NCBI RefSeq assembly: GCF_024223415.1
Contig: NZ_CP100503.1
Length of the DNA: 64,000 nucleotides
DNA from: Escherichia coli
Lineage (GTDB): Bacteria > Pseudomonadota > Gammaproteobacteria > Enterobacterales > Enterobacteriaceae
Reading direction: 5' to 3' (one strand)
In this document: positions 25,497 to 33,308 of the stretch, piece after piece
Numbering within the stretch: position 1 is the stretch's first letter
How the letters are laid out: every line of letters begins with the position of its first letter
Notes under the pieces: generated by a model
Databases searched by the model: none
What the model was told of the DNA's origin: nothing
What the model saw: only the letters and a program-made list of their open reading frames with translations
Program-made: the position numbers and the translations under genes

Positions 25497-25516
25497 GATC
25501 ACTTGATCATTTGATC
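25497..25516 (+). promoter_or_regulatory. Cluster of three GATC (Dam) sites near lox
   Basis: gatcacttgatcatttgatc. A Dam-sensitive cre promoter near loxP is described for P1. Confidence 0.5.
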
Positions 25517-25661
25517 AAGGTTGCGCTACGTAAAATCTGCGAAATGTTGGCAGTGTTTGTGCTCCAGATTTCGCGTAGCGCATATATCCCAAGATGGGAC
25601 TAAAAAGCTTTACCTAATCCCAGAATGGGACTAATATACTTGCCGGGATAAGGAATATGTA

Positions 25662-25964
25662 ATGAAGATTATTTCGGTAAAAACATTGAGGGATTTTTGG
25701 TCTGTGAATCCCGATGCAGAACAACCATTAAAGGCCTGGGTTGACGAAGTCTCCAAGGCCACCTGGAAAAGCCCGGCTGATATCAAAGCGCAGTACCGAT
25801 CTGCCAGCATTCTTAAAAACAGGCGGGTTGTCTTCAACATCAAAGGTAATGACTACAGATTAATTGTTGCAATTGCTTATCAGCGAGGATGGATGTTCGT
25901 TAAGTTTATTGGAACACATAAGGAATACGATGCCATCGACGCGGATACAATAGAGCTGGAGTAA
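25662..25964 (+). CDS. higB: HigB-family type II toxin (RelE-fold mRNA interferase), 100 aa
   Basis: MKIISVKTLRDFW...ATWKSPADIKAQYRSASILKNRRVVFNIKGNDYRLIVAIAYQRGWMFVKFIGTHKEYDAID is the typical HigB_toxin pattern. It is followed 3 nt later by an HTH antitoxin, in the toxin-first order of hig loci. Confidence 0.8.
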   Translation: MKIISVKTLRDFWSVNPDAEQPLKAWVDEVSKATWKSPADIKAQYRSASILKNRRVVFNIKGNDYRLIVAIAYQRGWMFVKFIGTHKEYDAIDADTIELE

Positions 25965-25967
25965 ATC

Positions 25968-26327
25968 ATGAACATTAAACCTATCCGTACAGAACAAGAT
26001 TATCAGGCCGCACTACGCGCGGTCGAACCTATGTTCGATAACGAACCGGAAATGAACACCCCGGAAGGTGATTTCTTTGAGATAATGTGCCTGCTTATTG
26101 AAGAGTATGAAAAAAGACATTACCCAATTGAACCGCCTACACCCATTGAAGCGATTAAGTTCCGTATGGAACAGCAAGGGTTGACAGTGAAAGATCTGGA
26201 ACCGGCGATTGGTAAGTCGAACCGTGTTTACGAAGTTCTGAATGGAACGCGAAATTTAACGTTACCAATGATTAGGCGTTTGCACGTACAGTTTGGCATT
26301 CCTCTCGAAAGTCTGGTTGGTGTGTGA
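25968..26327 (+). CDS. higA: HigA-like antitoxin, XRE-type HTH at the C-terminus, 119 aa
   Basis: The C-terminal GLTVKDLEPAIGKSNRVYEVLNGTRNLTLPMIRRLHVQFGIP is an HTH. It is paired with higB. Confidence 0.75.
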   Translation: MNIKPIRTEQDYQAALRAVEPMFDNEPEMNTPEGDFFEIMCLLIEEYEKRHYPIEPPTPIEAIKFRMEQQGLTVKDLEPAIGKSNRVYEVLNGTRNLTLPMIRRLHVQFGIPLESLVGV

Positions 26328-26333
26328 CTTAAA

Positions 26334-27386
26334 ATGTCTAATGTCCTGACCGTACACCAAAATTTGCCTGCATTACCGGTCGATGCAACGAGTGATGAGG
26401 TTCGCAAGAACCTGATGGACATGTTCAGGGATCGCCAGGCGTTTTCTGAGCATACCTGGAAAATGCTTCTGTCCGTTTGCCGGTCGTGGGCGGCATGGTG
26501 CAAGTTGAATAACCGGAAATGGTTTCCCGCAGAACCTGAAGATGTTCGCGATTATCTTCTATATCTTCAGGCGCGCGGTCTGGCAGTAAAAACTATCCAG
26601 CAACATTTGGGCCAGCTAAACATGCTTCATCGTCGGTCCGGGCTGCCACGACCAAGTGACAGCAATGCTGTTTCACTGGTTATGCGGCGGATCCGAAAAG
26701 AAAACGTTGATGCCGGTGAACGTGCAAAACAGGCTCTAGCGTTCGAACGCACTGATTTCGACCAGGTTCGTTCACTCATGGAAAATAGCGATCGCTGCCA
26801 GGATATACGTAATCTGGCATTTCTGGGGATTGCTTATAACACCCTGTTACGTATAGCCGAAATTGCCAGGATCAGGGTTAAAGATATCTCACGTACTGAC
26901 GGTGGGAGAATGTTAATCCATATTGGCAGAACGAAAACGCTGGTTAGCACCGCAGGTGTAGAGAAGGCACTTAGCCTGGGGGTAACTAAACTGGTTGAGC
27001 GATGGATTTCTGTCTCTGGTGTAGCTGATGATCCGAATAACTACCTGTTTTGCCGCGTCAGAAAAAATGGTGTTGCCGCGCCATCACCCACCAGCCAGCT
27101 ATCAACTCGCGCCCTGGAAGGGATTTTTGAAGCAACTCACCGATTGATTTACGGGGCTAAGGATGACTCTGGCCAGAGGTACCTGGCCTGGTCTGGACAC
27201 AGTGCCCGTGTCGGAGCCGCGCGAGATATGGCCCGCGCCGGAGTTTCAATACCGGAGATCATGCAAGCTGGTGGCTGGACCAACGTAAATATTGTCATGA
27301 ACTATATCCGTAACCTGGATAGTGAAACAGGGGCAATGGTGCGCCTGCTGGAAGTTGACATCCTCCCCCACCTTCGCACTTCGTGA
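26334..27386 (+). CDS. cre: Cre recombinase with its last 3 codons replaced by a 10-codon IS-derived tail
   Basis: Matches Cre essentially residue for residue through ...ETGAMVRLLE (nt 27354). It then reads VDILPHLRTS* from the IS end instead of DGD*. Few substitutions are seen (e.g. L4V; an A->P in ...NGVAAPSPTSQ...). Confidence 0.97.
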   Translation: MSNVLTVHQNLPALPVDATSDEVRKNLMDMFRDRQAFSEHTWKMLLSVCRSWAAWCKLNNRKWFPAEPEDVRDYLLYLQARGLAVKTIQQHLGQLNMLHRRSGLPRPSDSNAVSLVMRRIRKENVDAGERAKQALAFERTDFDQVRSLMENSDRCQDIRNLAFLGIAYNTLLRIAEIARIRVKDISRTDGGRMLIHIGRTKTLVSTAGVEKALSLGVTKLVERWISVSGVADDPNNYLFCRVRKNGVAAPSPTSQLSTRALEGIFEATHRLIYGAKDDSGQRYLAWSGHSARVGAARDMARAGVSIPEIMQAGGWTNVNIVMNYIRNLDSETGAMVRLLEVDILPHLRTS

Positions 27387-27405
27387 CTCAGGAGGGGGAT
27401 TCCCA

Positions 27406-28638
27406 TTAGTGGGTGACGGCTGATTGCTCAGCGTCTGGTTCCTGCTTCAACGGGCGGTCTGACTGCACCGTCCCTCCACAGGCAAGTACGGCGTGCCCCG
27501 CCGCTAAAATGTTGCGAGCGCCGTTTACATCGGCGTTCGCTGTATATCCACAAGCCCGACACACGAATTTACTTTGTGTCAGGCGGTTTTCTTTCGCTGT
27601 ATGACCACAGCACGCGCAACGCTGGCTTGTGTACGCTGGCGGAACAGCAAGCACCTGACCACCACGCCAGAGCTGCTTGTACTCAAGCTGGCGGCGCATT
27701 TCATACCAGCCCTGATCCAGTATCGAACGGTTTAAACCTGATTTTGCCCGGACATTGCGCCCCGGCTGGCTGACCGTACCCGCTGCTGACTTTGACATGT
27801 TGCTGACCTTCAAATCCTCAATGACTATCATTGCGTGGTTTTTGCTGACGGTCGTTGTGACTTTGTGAAGGTAGTCCCTGCGGATATTTGCAATACGGGA
27901 ATGCAGTTGCTGTATTTTGCGTTTCTGCTTCTGCCAGTTGTTGCTGAATTTGACCCTGCGGCTTAACTGTCGCTGAAGTCTCGCCAGCTTCTTCTGGTTT
28001 TTCTGAAAACTGTTTACAGGTTCAAAGACTGTGCCATCTGACAGCGTGGCGAGTTTAGCCACGCCAGCATCCAGACCGACTATCGTTGTGCTTGTGTGAT
28101 TTGGTTCTGCCGTTTCAATTTCAACCTGAAACGAGATATACCACTGTCCCGCTAACTGACTGATTGTCGCATTTTTGATTTTACCGTTCACACGTTGAGA
28201 TTGCCGGAATTTTACCCACCCAAGACCTGACGGTAGCTTCACTCTGCGATTTTCAAGGCAGCAATATTTCTCAAAGTTCACAAAACGGATTGAGTCTCTG
28301 CCCTCATTTTTTCGTTTCCATACCGGAGCCTTAGCTGCGAGCTTTTTATCAAAACAACGTTTCCATGCGGTATGCAGGTCTTTCAGCTTTTGTTGCAGAT
28401 TGTCGGTATAAGCATCCTGTAAGAAGATATATTCCGGCATTTTTTTCCACACTGTAATCATCCGGTTCAACTCGAAAGCCGAAGGTAACTTTTCGCCTGA
28501 GCCAAGTACGCGCTTTGTCTCCGCAAGACCTAAATTCCAGACAAAACGGGCGCAACCACATAACTGCCGCAAACGCTGCGACTGTTCATGCGTTGGTTCC
28601 AGTCTGAATTTGTAGGCTTTCAGGATTAGCATCATCAT
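27406..28638 (-). CDS. tnpB: TnpB (RuvC-like RNA-guided nuclease family), 410 aa
   Basis: IVGLDAGV (RuvC-I), the zinc-finger CACCGH...CRACGY and ADVNGARNI (RuvC-III) are present. The C-terminal ~220 aa are nearly identical to the TnpB of copies 1/2, but the N-terminal ~190 aa are only distantly similar. Confidence 0.9.
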   Translation of the reverse strand: MMMLILKAYKFRLEPTHEQSQRLRQLCGCARFVWNLGLAETKRVLGSGEKLPSAFELNRMITVWKKMPEYIFLQDAYTDNLQQKLKDLHTAWKRCFDKKLAAKAPVWKRKNEGRDSIRFVNFEKYCCLENRRVKLPSGLGWVKFRQSQRVNGKIKNATISQLAGQWYISFQVEIETAEPNHTSTTIVGLDAGVAKLATLSDGTVFEPVNSFQKNQKKLARLQRQLSRRVKFSNNWQKQKRKIQQLHSRIANIRRDYLHKVTTTVSKNHAMIVIEDLKVSNMSKSAAGTVSQPGRNVRAKSGLNRSILDQGWYEMRRQLEYKQLWRGGQVLAVPPAYTSQRCACCGHTAKENRLTQSKFVCRACGYTANADVNGARNILAAGHAVLACGGTVQSDRPLKQEPDAEQSAVTH

Positions 28639-28690
28639 TCAGTGTGTAGTAGATTTTCTTGCAATATTACTGTTTTTACGGCCAACCTCA

Positions 28691-29095
28691 ATGCAAAAAT
28701 ACAAAATCAATCGTTCAAGACATGCTGCCTTCCTTTTGCATGTTCATCTTGTCTTTGTAACAAAATACCGTCGAAAGATACTGGGAGAGTTACACTGTGC
28801 AGCATTCCATCAGTATGCAGCAGAAGTCTGCCGTGACTTTGGGGCAGAACTTAAAGAAAGTAACGGAGATGTCGATCATGTCCACATGCTGATCGAATAC
28901 CCACCAACAGTGCAGCTTTCGGTACTGGTTAACTCACTGAAAGCAGTGACATCCCGCCGTCTGCGAAACGAATTTCTTGATTTGCGGGGGGCATACGGAA
29001 AAGCCGTGCTCTGGTCGAGGTCATACTTTGCTGGCTCCTGCGGAGGTGCGCCGCTGGAAGTTGTGAAGCAATATATTCAACATCAGCGAGGCTGA
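28691..29095 (+). CDS. tnpA: TnpA, Y1 (HUH) transposase of the IS200/IS605 family, 134 aa
   Basis: HUH motif (HVHLVF), DHVHML, and the C-terminal SYFAGSCGGAPLEVVKQYI containing the catalytic Tyr region. Confidence 0.9.
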   Translation: MQKYKINRSRHAAFLLHVHLVFVTKYRRKILGELHCAAFHQYAAEVCRDFGAELKESNGDVDHVHMLIEYPPTVQLSVLVNSLKAVTSRRLRNEFLDLRGAYGKAVLWSRSYFAGSCGGAPLEVVKQYIQHQRG

Positions 29096-29172
29096 GCACC
29101 CTTCGGGCTTTTCAAGCCCGTCCAAATTCCCCTGCCGCCTTATGTCGGCGGGAGTACCCTTTGGAAGTTAAG

Positions 29173-29183
29173 ATGGCGATTAG
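29173..29183 (+). other. Displaced native 3' end of cre (…at ggc gat tag)
   Basis: atggcgattag continues the canonical cre sequence ctggaag|atggcgattag exactly where the IS stops. Confidence 0.85.
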
Positions 29184-29200
29184 CCATTAACGCGTAAATG

Positions 29201-29217
29201 ATTGCTCTAATTCTTTG
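29201..29217 (+). promoter_or_regulatory. C1 operator downstream of cre
   Basis: attgctctaattctttg, 13/17 with the full 11-nt core. Confidence 0.5.
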
Positions 29218-29233
29218 ATATTTATGGTGACAT

Positions 29234-29545
29234 ATGAGAAAGGATTTCAACATCGACGGAAAATATGTAGTGCTGTCTGTAAGCACTAATATTCAGTCGC
29301 CAGCCGTCATTGTCACTGTAAAGCTGAGCGATAGAATACCTGATATTGACTCAATATCCGTTGCGTTCCCTGTCAAAAGTATTCGTAGTGCTGAACATTT
29401 CGTGATGAATGCCACCGAGGAAGAAGCACGGCGCGGTTTTGCTAAAGTGATGTCTGAGTTTGGCGAACTCTTGGGTAAGGTTAACAATGTCCTTTCAATC
29501 AGTTCAGCAAGGTCCAAAGCGTTAACAGCTTCCATGATGAAATAA
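29234..29545 (+). CDS. Hypothetical 103-aa protein (position of P1 cra)
   Basis: ORF preceded by an Op and followed by a hairpin (29551-29569). No family recognised. Confidence 0.5.
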   Translation: MRKDFNIDGKYVVLSVSTNIQSPAVIVTVKLSDRIPDIDSISVAFPVKSIRSAEHFVMNATEEEARRGFAKVMSEFGELLGKVNNVLSISSARSKALTASMMK

Positions 29546-29676
29546 AAAAAGCCTGGCAAGGAGCCAGGCTGCACAAAAGAGCGGGTTTGTATTCCGCATC
29601 CAATCAATCAAGAAGGAGTATAGCACACAGGTACTGAAGTGAAAAAATGTGATTCGCGATTAACAAAATATCTACC

Positions 29677-29693
29677 ATTGCTCTAATTGATTG
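29677..29693 (+). promoter_or_regulatory. C1 operator
   Basis: attgctctaattgattg, 14/17. Confidence 0.5.
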
Positions 29694-29759
29694 ATATAAT
29701 TAAGCCGCAGTTTTTGTCAACTACGAAGACATTGCCATTATAGACTCCGTGACATCATT

Positions 29760-29783
29760 GGCGGCCGAAAGGCCGCCTTTTTT
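29760..29783 (+). terminator. Rho-independent terminator
   Basis: ggcggcc-gaaa-ggccgcc followed by tttttt. It abuts the stop of convergent ant(b). Confidence 0.75.
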
Positions 29784-29785
29784 AA

Positions 29786-30850
29786 TCATTCAGCCGCCAC
29801 AGGTTTTAACAAGCCAGCATCGAGCAGTTTACGCGTCAACCACTGCTGGCCTTTCCCCGTTAATTGGGGCGTCAGCCGTATCTGGTAGCCCTCTTCATCA
29901 TCCAGCACCACTTCTTTCACTGTGAAATATCCGGCGTTTATGTACTGCTGGAACGGTACATTTTTACGTCCACCGGACGCTATCAGGATGCCGTTCTCCC
30001 GTAACCAGGCAAACAGCGCGTTTTGCTTAAGTCCAACAACCTTTGCAAAATTCCCAATCAGGATTCCATTAGCCACTGATACCCGGTCGGCAAAATCGAC
30101 TTTAGGAGCGGCGGCCACCAGCTGCTGATTTAGCTGGTGGGCTTTCTGTTCCAGAAGTTGCTTTTGTTCAGCCAACTCGGCAGCCAGGCGGAGGGCTTCG
30201 GGGAGTGTCTGGGGGATCGCTGGAGAAGCAGCGCTAACCTGCTGCAACTCCTCCAGCTTGTCGATCAACGAACGGCGGACCGCTTTTGACTCGCGCGCGG
30301 CAACTCGCAGGGCTTGTTTGTAGGTCATGGTTATGACCTCAAAAGAGCGCCCAGCCCTTGTGCCATGGGATTTTACGAAAGTTTCGTAAAATTCCCCATC
30401 AAGTTCATCCTTAATTCTATTGAGAAAATCGTTATTGCGGATCTCATTTTCCCCACATAGCTTGCGCGCCTCATTGACCATCTTTAACAGTGTCTGGCTG
30501 TCGATTGTGTCGCCCGTACTGGGGATAACATCCATGGCTGGTAGTGGTGTGGATTCTATCAAAGGCTTTGTAACGACAACATCTGGTTTGCTTGCTTTCA
30601 TTCTGTGTGCCTCCTTGCGTGCTTCGGCGGTTACGGTTGCATAATCAAGACGACCCTGTTCGAGCAGGTATTCACGGATATCAGTTAGCAGAATGCGGTG
30701 AACCGCGTTCTTGTCCTTTCTCCGGTAAAGTTGTTTGGTGATCATGAAGTAGTTGGCTATAACACCAGGAATGTCCCTGGCGCTGATACAGATTGTGTGC
30801 TGTTCAATAGCCTCGATCATTTCTTCACGGGTAACTAATGACGTTCTCAT
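29786..30850 (-). CDS. ant: Antirepressor Ant, copy b (alternative middle domain), 354 aa
   Basis: The N-terminal 85 aa and C-terminal KilAC domain are about the same as copies a/c. The middle (IDSQTLLKMVNEARKLCGENEIRNNDFLNRIKDELDGEFYE...) is shared instead with copy d. Confidence 0.8.
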   Translation of the reverse strand: MRTSLVTREEMIEAIEQHTICISARDIPGVIANYFMITKQLYRRKDKNAVHRILLTDIREYLLEQGRLDYATVTAEARKEAHRMKASKPDVVVTKPLIESTPLPAMDVIPSTGDTIDSQTLLKMVNEARKLCGENEIRNNDFLNRIKDELDGEFYETFVKSHGTRAGRSFEVITMTYKQALRVAARESKAVRRSLIDKLEELQQVSAASPAIPQTLPEALRLAAELAEQKQLLEQKAHQLNQQLVAAAPKVDFADRVSVANGILIGNFAKVVGLKQNALFAWLRENGILIASGGRKNVPFQQYINAGYFTVKEVVLDDEEGYQIRLTPQLTGKGQQWLTRKLLDAGLLKPVAAE

Positions 30851-31068
30851 AGCCCCTCCTGAGCAGAAGCGTTAACAGGGAGGCACCAGTAACTGAGAGA
30901 GTTGCGCGAGTCAGTAGAAAAGCGTGCAGAGAAAATGCAGGGAGCGTCAGGAAGCTGAGAACGGGCCTCATCTTCTGTTGGTGCAATGACGAAGTGATAG
31001 TGACGTTTTTGACAAGAATAGAAGCGCCAGATAAATTCCGGGCGTGCGCAAGGATTGGCATTAACCAT
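30847..31068 (-). CDS. icd: Icd, 73 aa, copy b
   Basis: MVNANPCARPEFIWRFYSCQKRHYHFVIAPTEDEARSQLPDAPCIFSARFSTDSRNSLSYWCLPVNASAQEGL. ATGA overlap with ant(b). Confidence 0.85.
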   Translation of the reverse strand: MVNANPCARPEFIWRFYSCQKRHYHFVIAPTEDEARSQLPDAPCIFSARFSTDSRNSLSYWCLPVNASAQEGL

Positions 31069-31118
31069 AGTTACGGCCTCACAAGTTGAATTAACAACCT
31101 GCTACCCGCTGTCAAACA

Positions 31119-31195
31119 GGTGGCAGGACGTGACAGGGTTGACAGACTGGCACTTGTGAAACCAGCAGGCCGAAGCCTCCCCATCACGCCCCACC
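31119..31195 (-). ncRNA. c4: c4 antisense repressor RNA, specificity variant b (77 nt)
   Basis: Minus strand reads ggtggggcgtgatggggaggcttcggcctgctggtttcacaagtgccagtctgtcaaccctgtcacgtcctgccacc. The loops CUGUCAA and UCACAAGU are complementary to flanking TTGACAG and ACTTGTGA sites. The 77-nt size agrees with published c4. Confidence 0.8.
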
Positions 31196-31385
31196 ATAAT
31201 TCGGGCGTAACGCGGTTTTACGGACACAAAAATACCGCAATAACGGAGTGATGCGGTTGTCCGCACAAGTATTCAGGCTGTCAAACCCGGTCGCAGAATT
31301 TGCTACGACGCAGGAACTATAAGCCTGAACGACGGGAAGATCAATAGTCTGGCGTCCAATAGTAGTTTATTTGTTCCAATAAATC

Positions 31386-31402
31386 AAATTTATTAGAGCA
31401 AT
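31386..31402 (-). promoter_or_regulatory. C1 operator (Op51-like) heading immI module b
   Basis: Reverse complement is attgctctaataaattt, 17/17. Confidence 0.85.
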
Positions 31403-31462
31403 ACAATCTGGTTGAATGTTTCCTCTCCGAGGTTGCAATGTGCACACTTATTGTTTTATTTG

Positions 31463-31479
31463 TATGCACTAATAAATAT
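31463..31479 (+). promoter_or_regulatory. Possible C1 operator variant upstream of the 31661 gene
   Basis: tatgcactaataaatat, 13/17, the same GCACTAATAAAT variant as at 24783. A TTGACA -35-like hexamer lies at 31501. Confidence 0.4.
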
Positions 31480-31660
31480 ATTATTTTTAATAATAAATAA
31501 TTGACAACTGACAAGTGACTTCAGTCAGAATCATCACACGCCCGGTACGGATGGATCCCTTTTCAAATATTCCATGGACGGCACAGTCTGAGTACCGGGC
31601 GCTACCTTCAGTTGTATTGCTAAGCCGCCGCTGGTGGCTTTTCTTTTTTGTAGGGGCGCT

Positions 31661-32302
31661 ATGGATAAGAAAATATGCGTTGTTTCAATGTGCGTCGGCA
31701 AACCGGCGTCAATGACTGCTGCATGGATCAACAATGAGCTGATCATGGCTGAGCGGACCAGCTACCCTGAACGCCGCCGCGATATGGAACTCCAGCTGCT
31801 GCGCGAATTGCGAGAAAAAGAGGAAAAGGGTTTTATCGTGCTGGTGGAAGAGGAAAACAGCTTTATTACCGGTCGAGTTGGCCAGCGTGTAAGGTTGCGT
31901 GATCCCTTCATGAACGGCAGACCGGTACTGATTGAAGCAATGCAGATTTACAAGGAATTGGAACGCCAGAAAGCGATCAAGTTACCGCGCAAGGAATCCG
32001 GCAAATACATCCTTCACCAAAGCATCTTCGATTCCGAACACGATAAAAAAGGCGATGAATTTTTCAACATCAACTGGAGCGAAATAACGACAGAGCACGT
32101 TCTGACGTTGTTATGCTGCTTCGCAACGGAATATAACAACGTTGCAAGCGCCGACTACATCAGGGCAATGGCTGGAGAAGTTGAGGCACGCCAGGAACCA
32201 TCGTTACTAAGCCCTCTGATTAACATAATTCGCGGCACACAGAGACTTGCGGAAAAAAGCGTTCCACACGGAATCTTAACTGGGAAGGGAAACTATTTTT
32301 AA
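31661..32302 (+). CDS. Hypothetical 213-aa protein (cargo between the inverted immI modules)
   Basis: Track ORF is 31634..32302. I prefer ATG 31661 (MDKKICVVSMCVGKPASMTAAW...). No motif recognised. Confidence 0.55.
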   Translation: MDKKICVVSMCVGKPASMTAAWINNELIMAERTSYPERRRDMELQLLRELREKEEKGFIVLVEEENSFITGRVGQRVRLRDPFMNGRPVLIEAMQIYKELERQKAIKLPRKESGKYILHQSIFDSEHDKKGDEFFNINWSEITTEHVLTLLCCFATEYNNVASADYIRAMAGEVEARQEPSLLSPLINIIRGTQRLAEKSVPHGILTGKGNYF

Positions 32303-32335
32303 CATCCCCAAATCCTTTTGGGGAACAACTCATTC

Positions 32336-32653
32336 TTACAATAGCTGCCCCATACATTGTCTCCAGGCACTCCCCTCATTACCGTTATCAAGAAACGTAG
32401 AGGTTGCATAAGGAATGCCTCTGATTTGTGTTGATGTGAATGGACCATCAGACGTCGAAGTTGTGCGCAGTTTTGATGTAAACTCGTAATTTCCACTGAT
32501 GCCTTTCTCTGCCAGAGCTTTTGATTTTGTGATAACTAAATCTGCACATTTCTCTGCGGCTACATATTGCGGGTCTTTTTCAGCTTTTCCGGCACATGCA
32601 GTTATCGTTAAAACGATAGCTGCGGCTAACAAATTACCTAGTTTCATCTGCAT
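32336..32653 (-). CDS. Small lipoprotein, 105 aa
   Basis: N-terminal signal peptide with lipobox (AAAIVLTITAC|AGK). Confidence 0.65.
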   Translation of the reverse strand: MQMKLGNLLAAAIVLTITACAGKAEKDPQYVAAEKCADLVITKSKALAEKGISGNYEFTSKLRTTSTSDGPFTSTQIRGIPYATSTFLDNGNEGSAWRQCMGQLL

Positions 32654-32751
32654 ACCTTATTAAGTGCATTAAAAACAGTAGGTTGCCAAGGTTTTAAACA
32701 AATTTCAATCCTCCATGACGCTCAATATGAGCAAAAATAACACACAAACAT

Positions 32752-32768
32752 CATTGCTCTAATAAATT
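32752..32768 (+). promoter_or_regulatory. C1 operator (Op51-like) heading immI module c
   Basis: attgctctaataaattt, 17/17. Confidence 0.85.
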
Positions 32769-32959
32769 TGATTTTTTAGGGCAAATAAACTACCATTGCG
32801 CACTGCCCTATTGATCTCCTTACCGTTCAGGCTTATATTCATGCCGTCGTAGCAAATTCTGCGACCGGGTTTAGCAGCCTGAATACTTACGCGGACAACC
32901 GCAGATATCCGATATTGCGGTATTTTCATGTCCGTATAACCGCGTTACGCCCGAATTAT

Positions 32960-33036
32960 GGTGGGGCGTGATGGGGAGGCTTCGGCCTGCTGGTTTCGTA
33001 AGTGCCAGTCTGCTAACCCCGTCACGTCCTGCCACC
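32960..33036 (+). ncRNA. c4: c4 antisense repressor RNA, specificity variant c (77 nt)
   Basis: ggtggggcgtgatggggaggcttcggcctgctggtttcgtaagtgccagtctgctaaccccgtcacgtcctgccacc. The loops CUGCUAA and UCGUAAGU are complementary to flanking TTAGCAG and ACTTACGA. Confidence 0.8.
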
Positions 33037-33086
33037 TGTTTAGCAGCGGGTCGCAGGTTGTTTTATCAACTTACGAGGCCGTAACT

Positions 33087-33308
33087 ATGGTTAATGCCAA
33101 TCCTTGCGCACGCCCTGAATTTATCTGGCGCTTTTACTCCTGCCAAAAACGTCACTATCACTTCGTTATTGCACCAACAGAAGATGAGGCCCGCTCTCAG
33201 CTTCCTGACGCCCCATGTATTTTCTCTGCCCGCTTTTCCACTGATTCGCGCAACTCTCTCAGTTACTGGTGCCTCCCTGTTAACGCTTCTGCTCAGGAGG
33301 GACTATGA
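33087..33308 (+). CDS. icd: Icd, 73 aa, copy c
   Basis: Protein identical to copy b. The track ORF 32958..33308 is an upstream extension through c4. Confidence 0.85.
   Translation: MVNANPCARPEFIWRFYSCQKRHYHFVIAPTEDEARSQLPDAPCIFSARFSTDSRNSLSYWCLPVNASAQEGL

Larger units (their letters stand above)
27355..29172 (-). mobile_element. IS200/IS605-family element (divergent tnpA/tnpB), copy 3, mosaic relative to copies 1/2
   Basis: It interrupts cre. The native cre end atggcgattag resumes at 29173. The RE terminus ...ggaggatgtcaa (reverse complement of 27355-27366) is shared with copy 1. Junctions are ambiguous by the 3-nt AAG. Confidence 0.85.

Noticed and set aside
32960-33036. tRNA gene (c4 RNAs have a tRNA-like closing stem)
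   Set aside because: I could not fold a cloverleaf with an anticodon arm or T-loop consensus. The sequence, size and flanking complementary sites fit c4 antisense RNA. The P1 tRNA genes would lie beyond dmt, outside the window.
32958-33308. 116-aa ORF as an extended icd
   Set aside because: The N-terminal 43 codons overlap the c4(c) RNA and a2/b2 sites. The conserved 73-aa Icd starts at ATG 33087 behind the GAGG SD.
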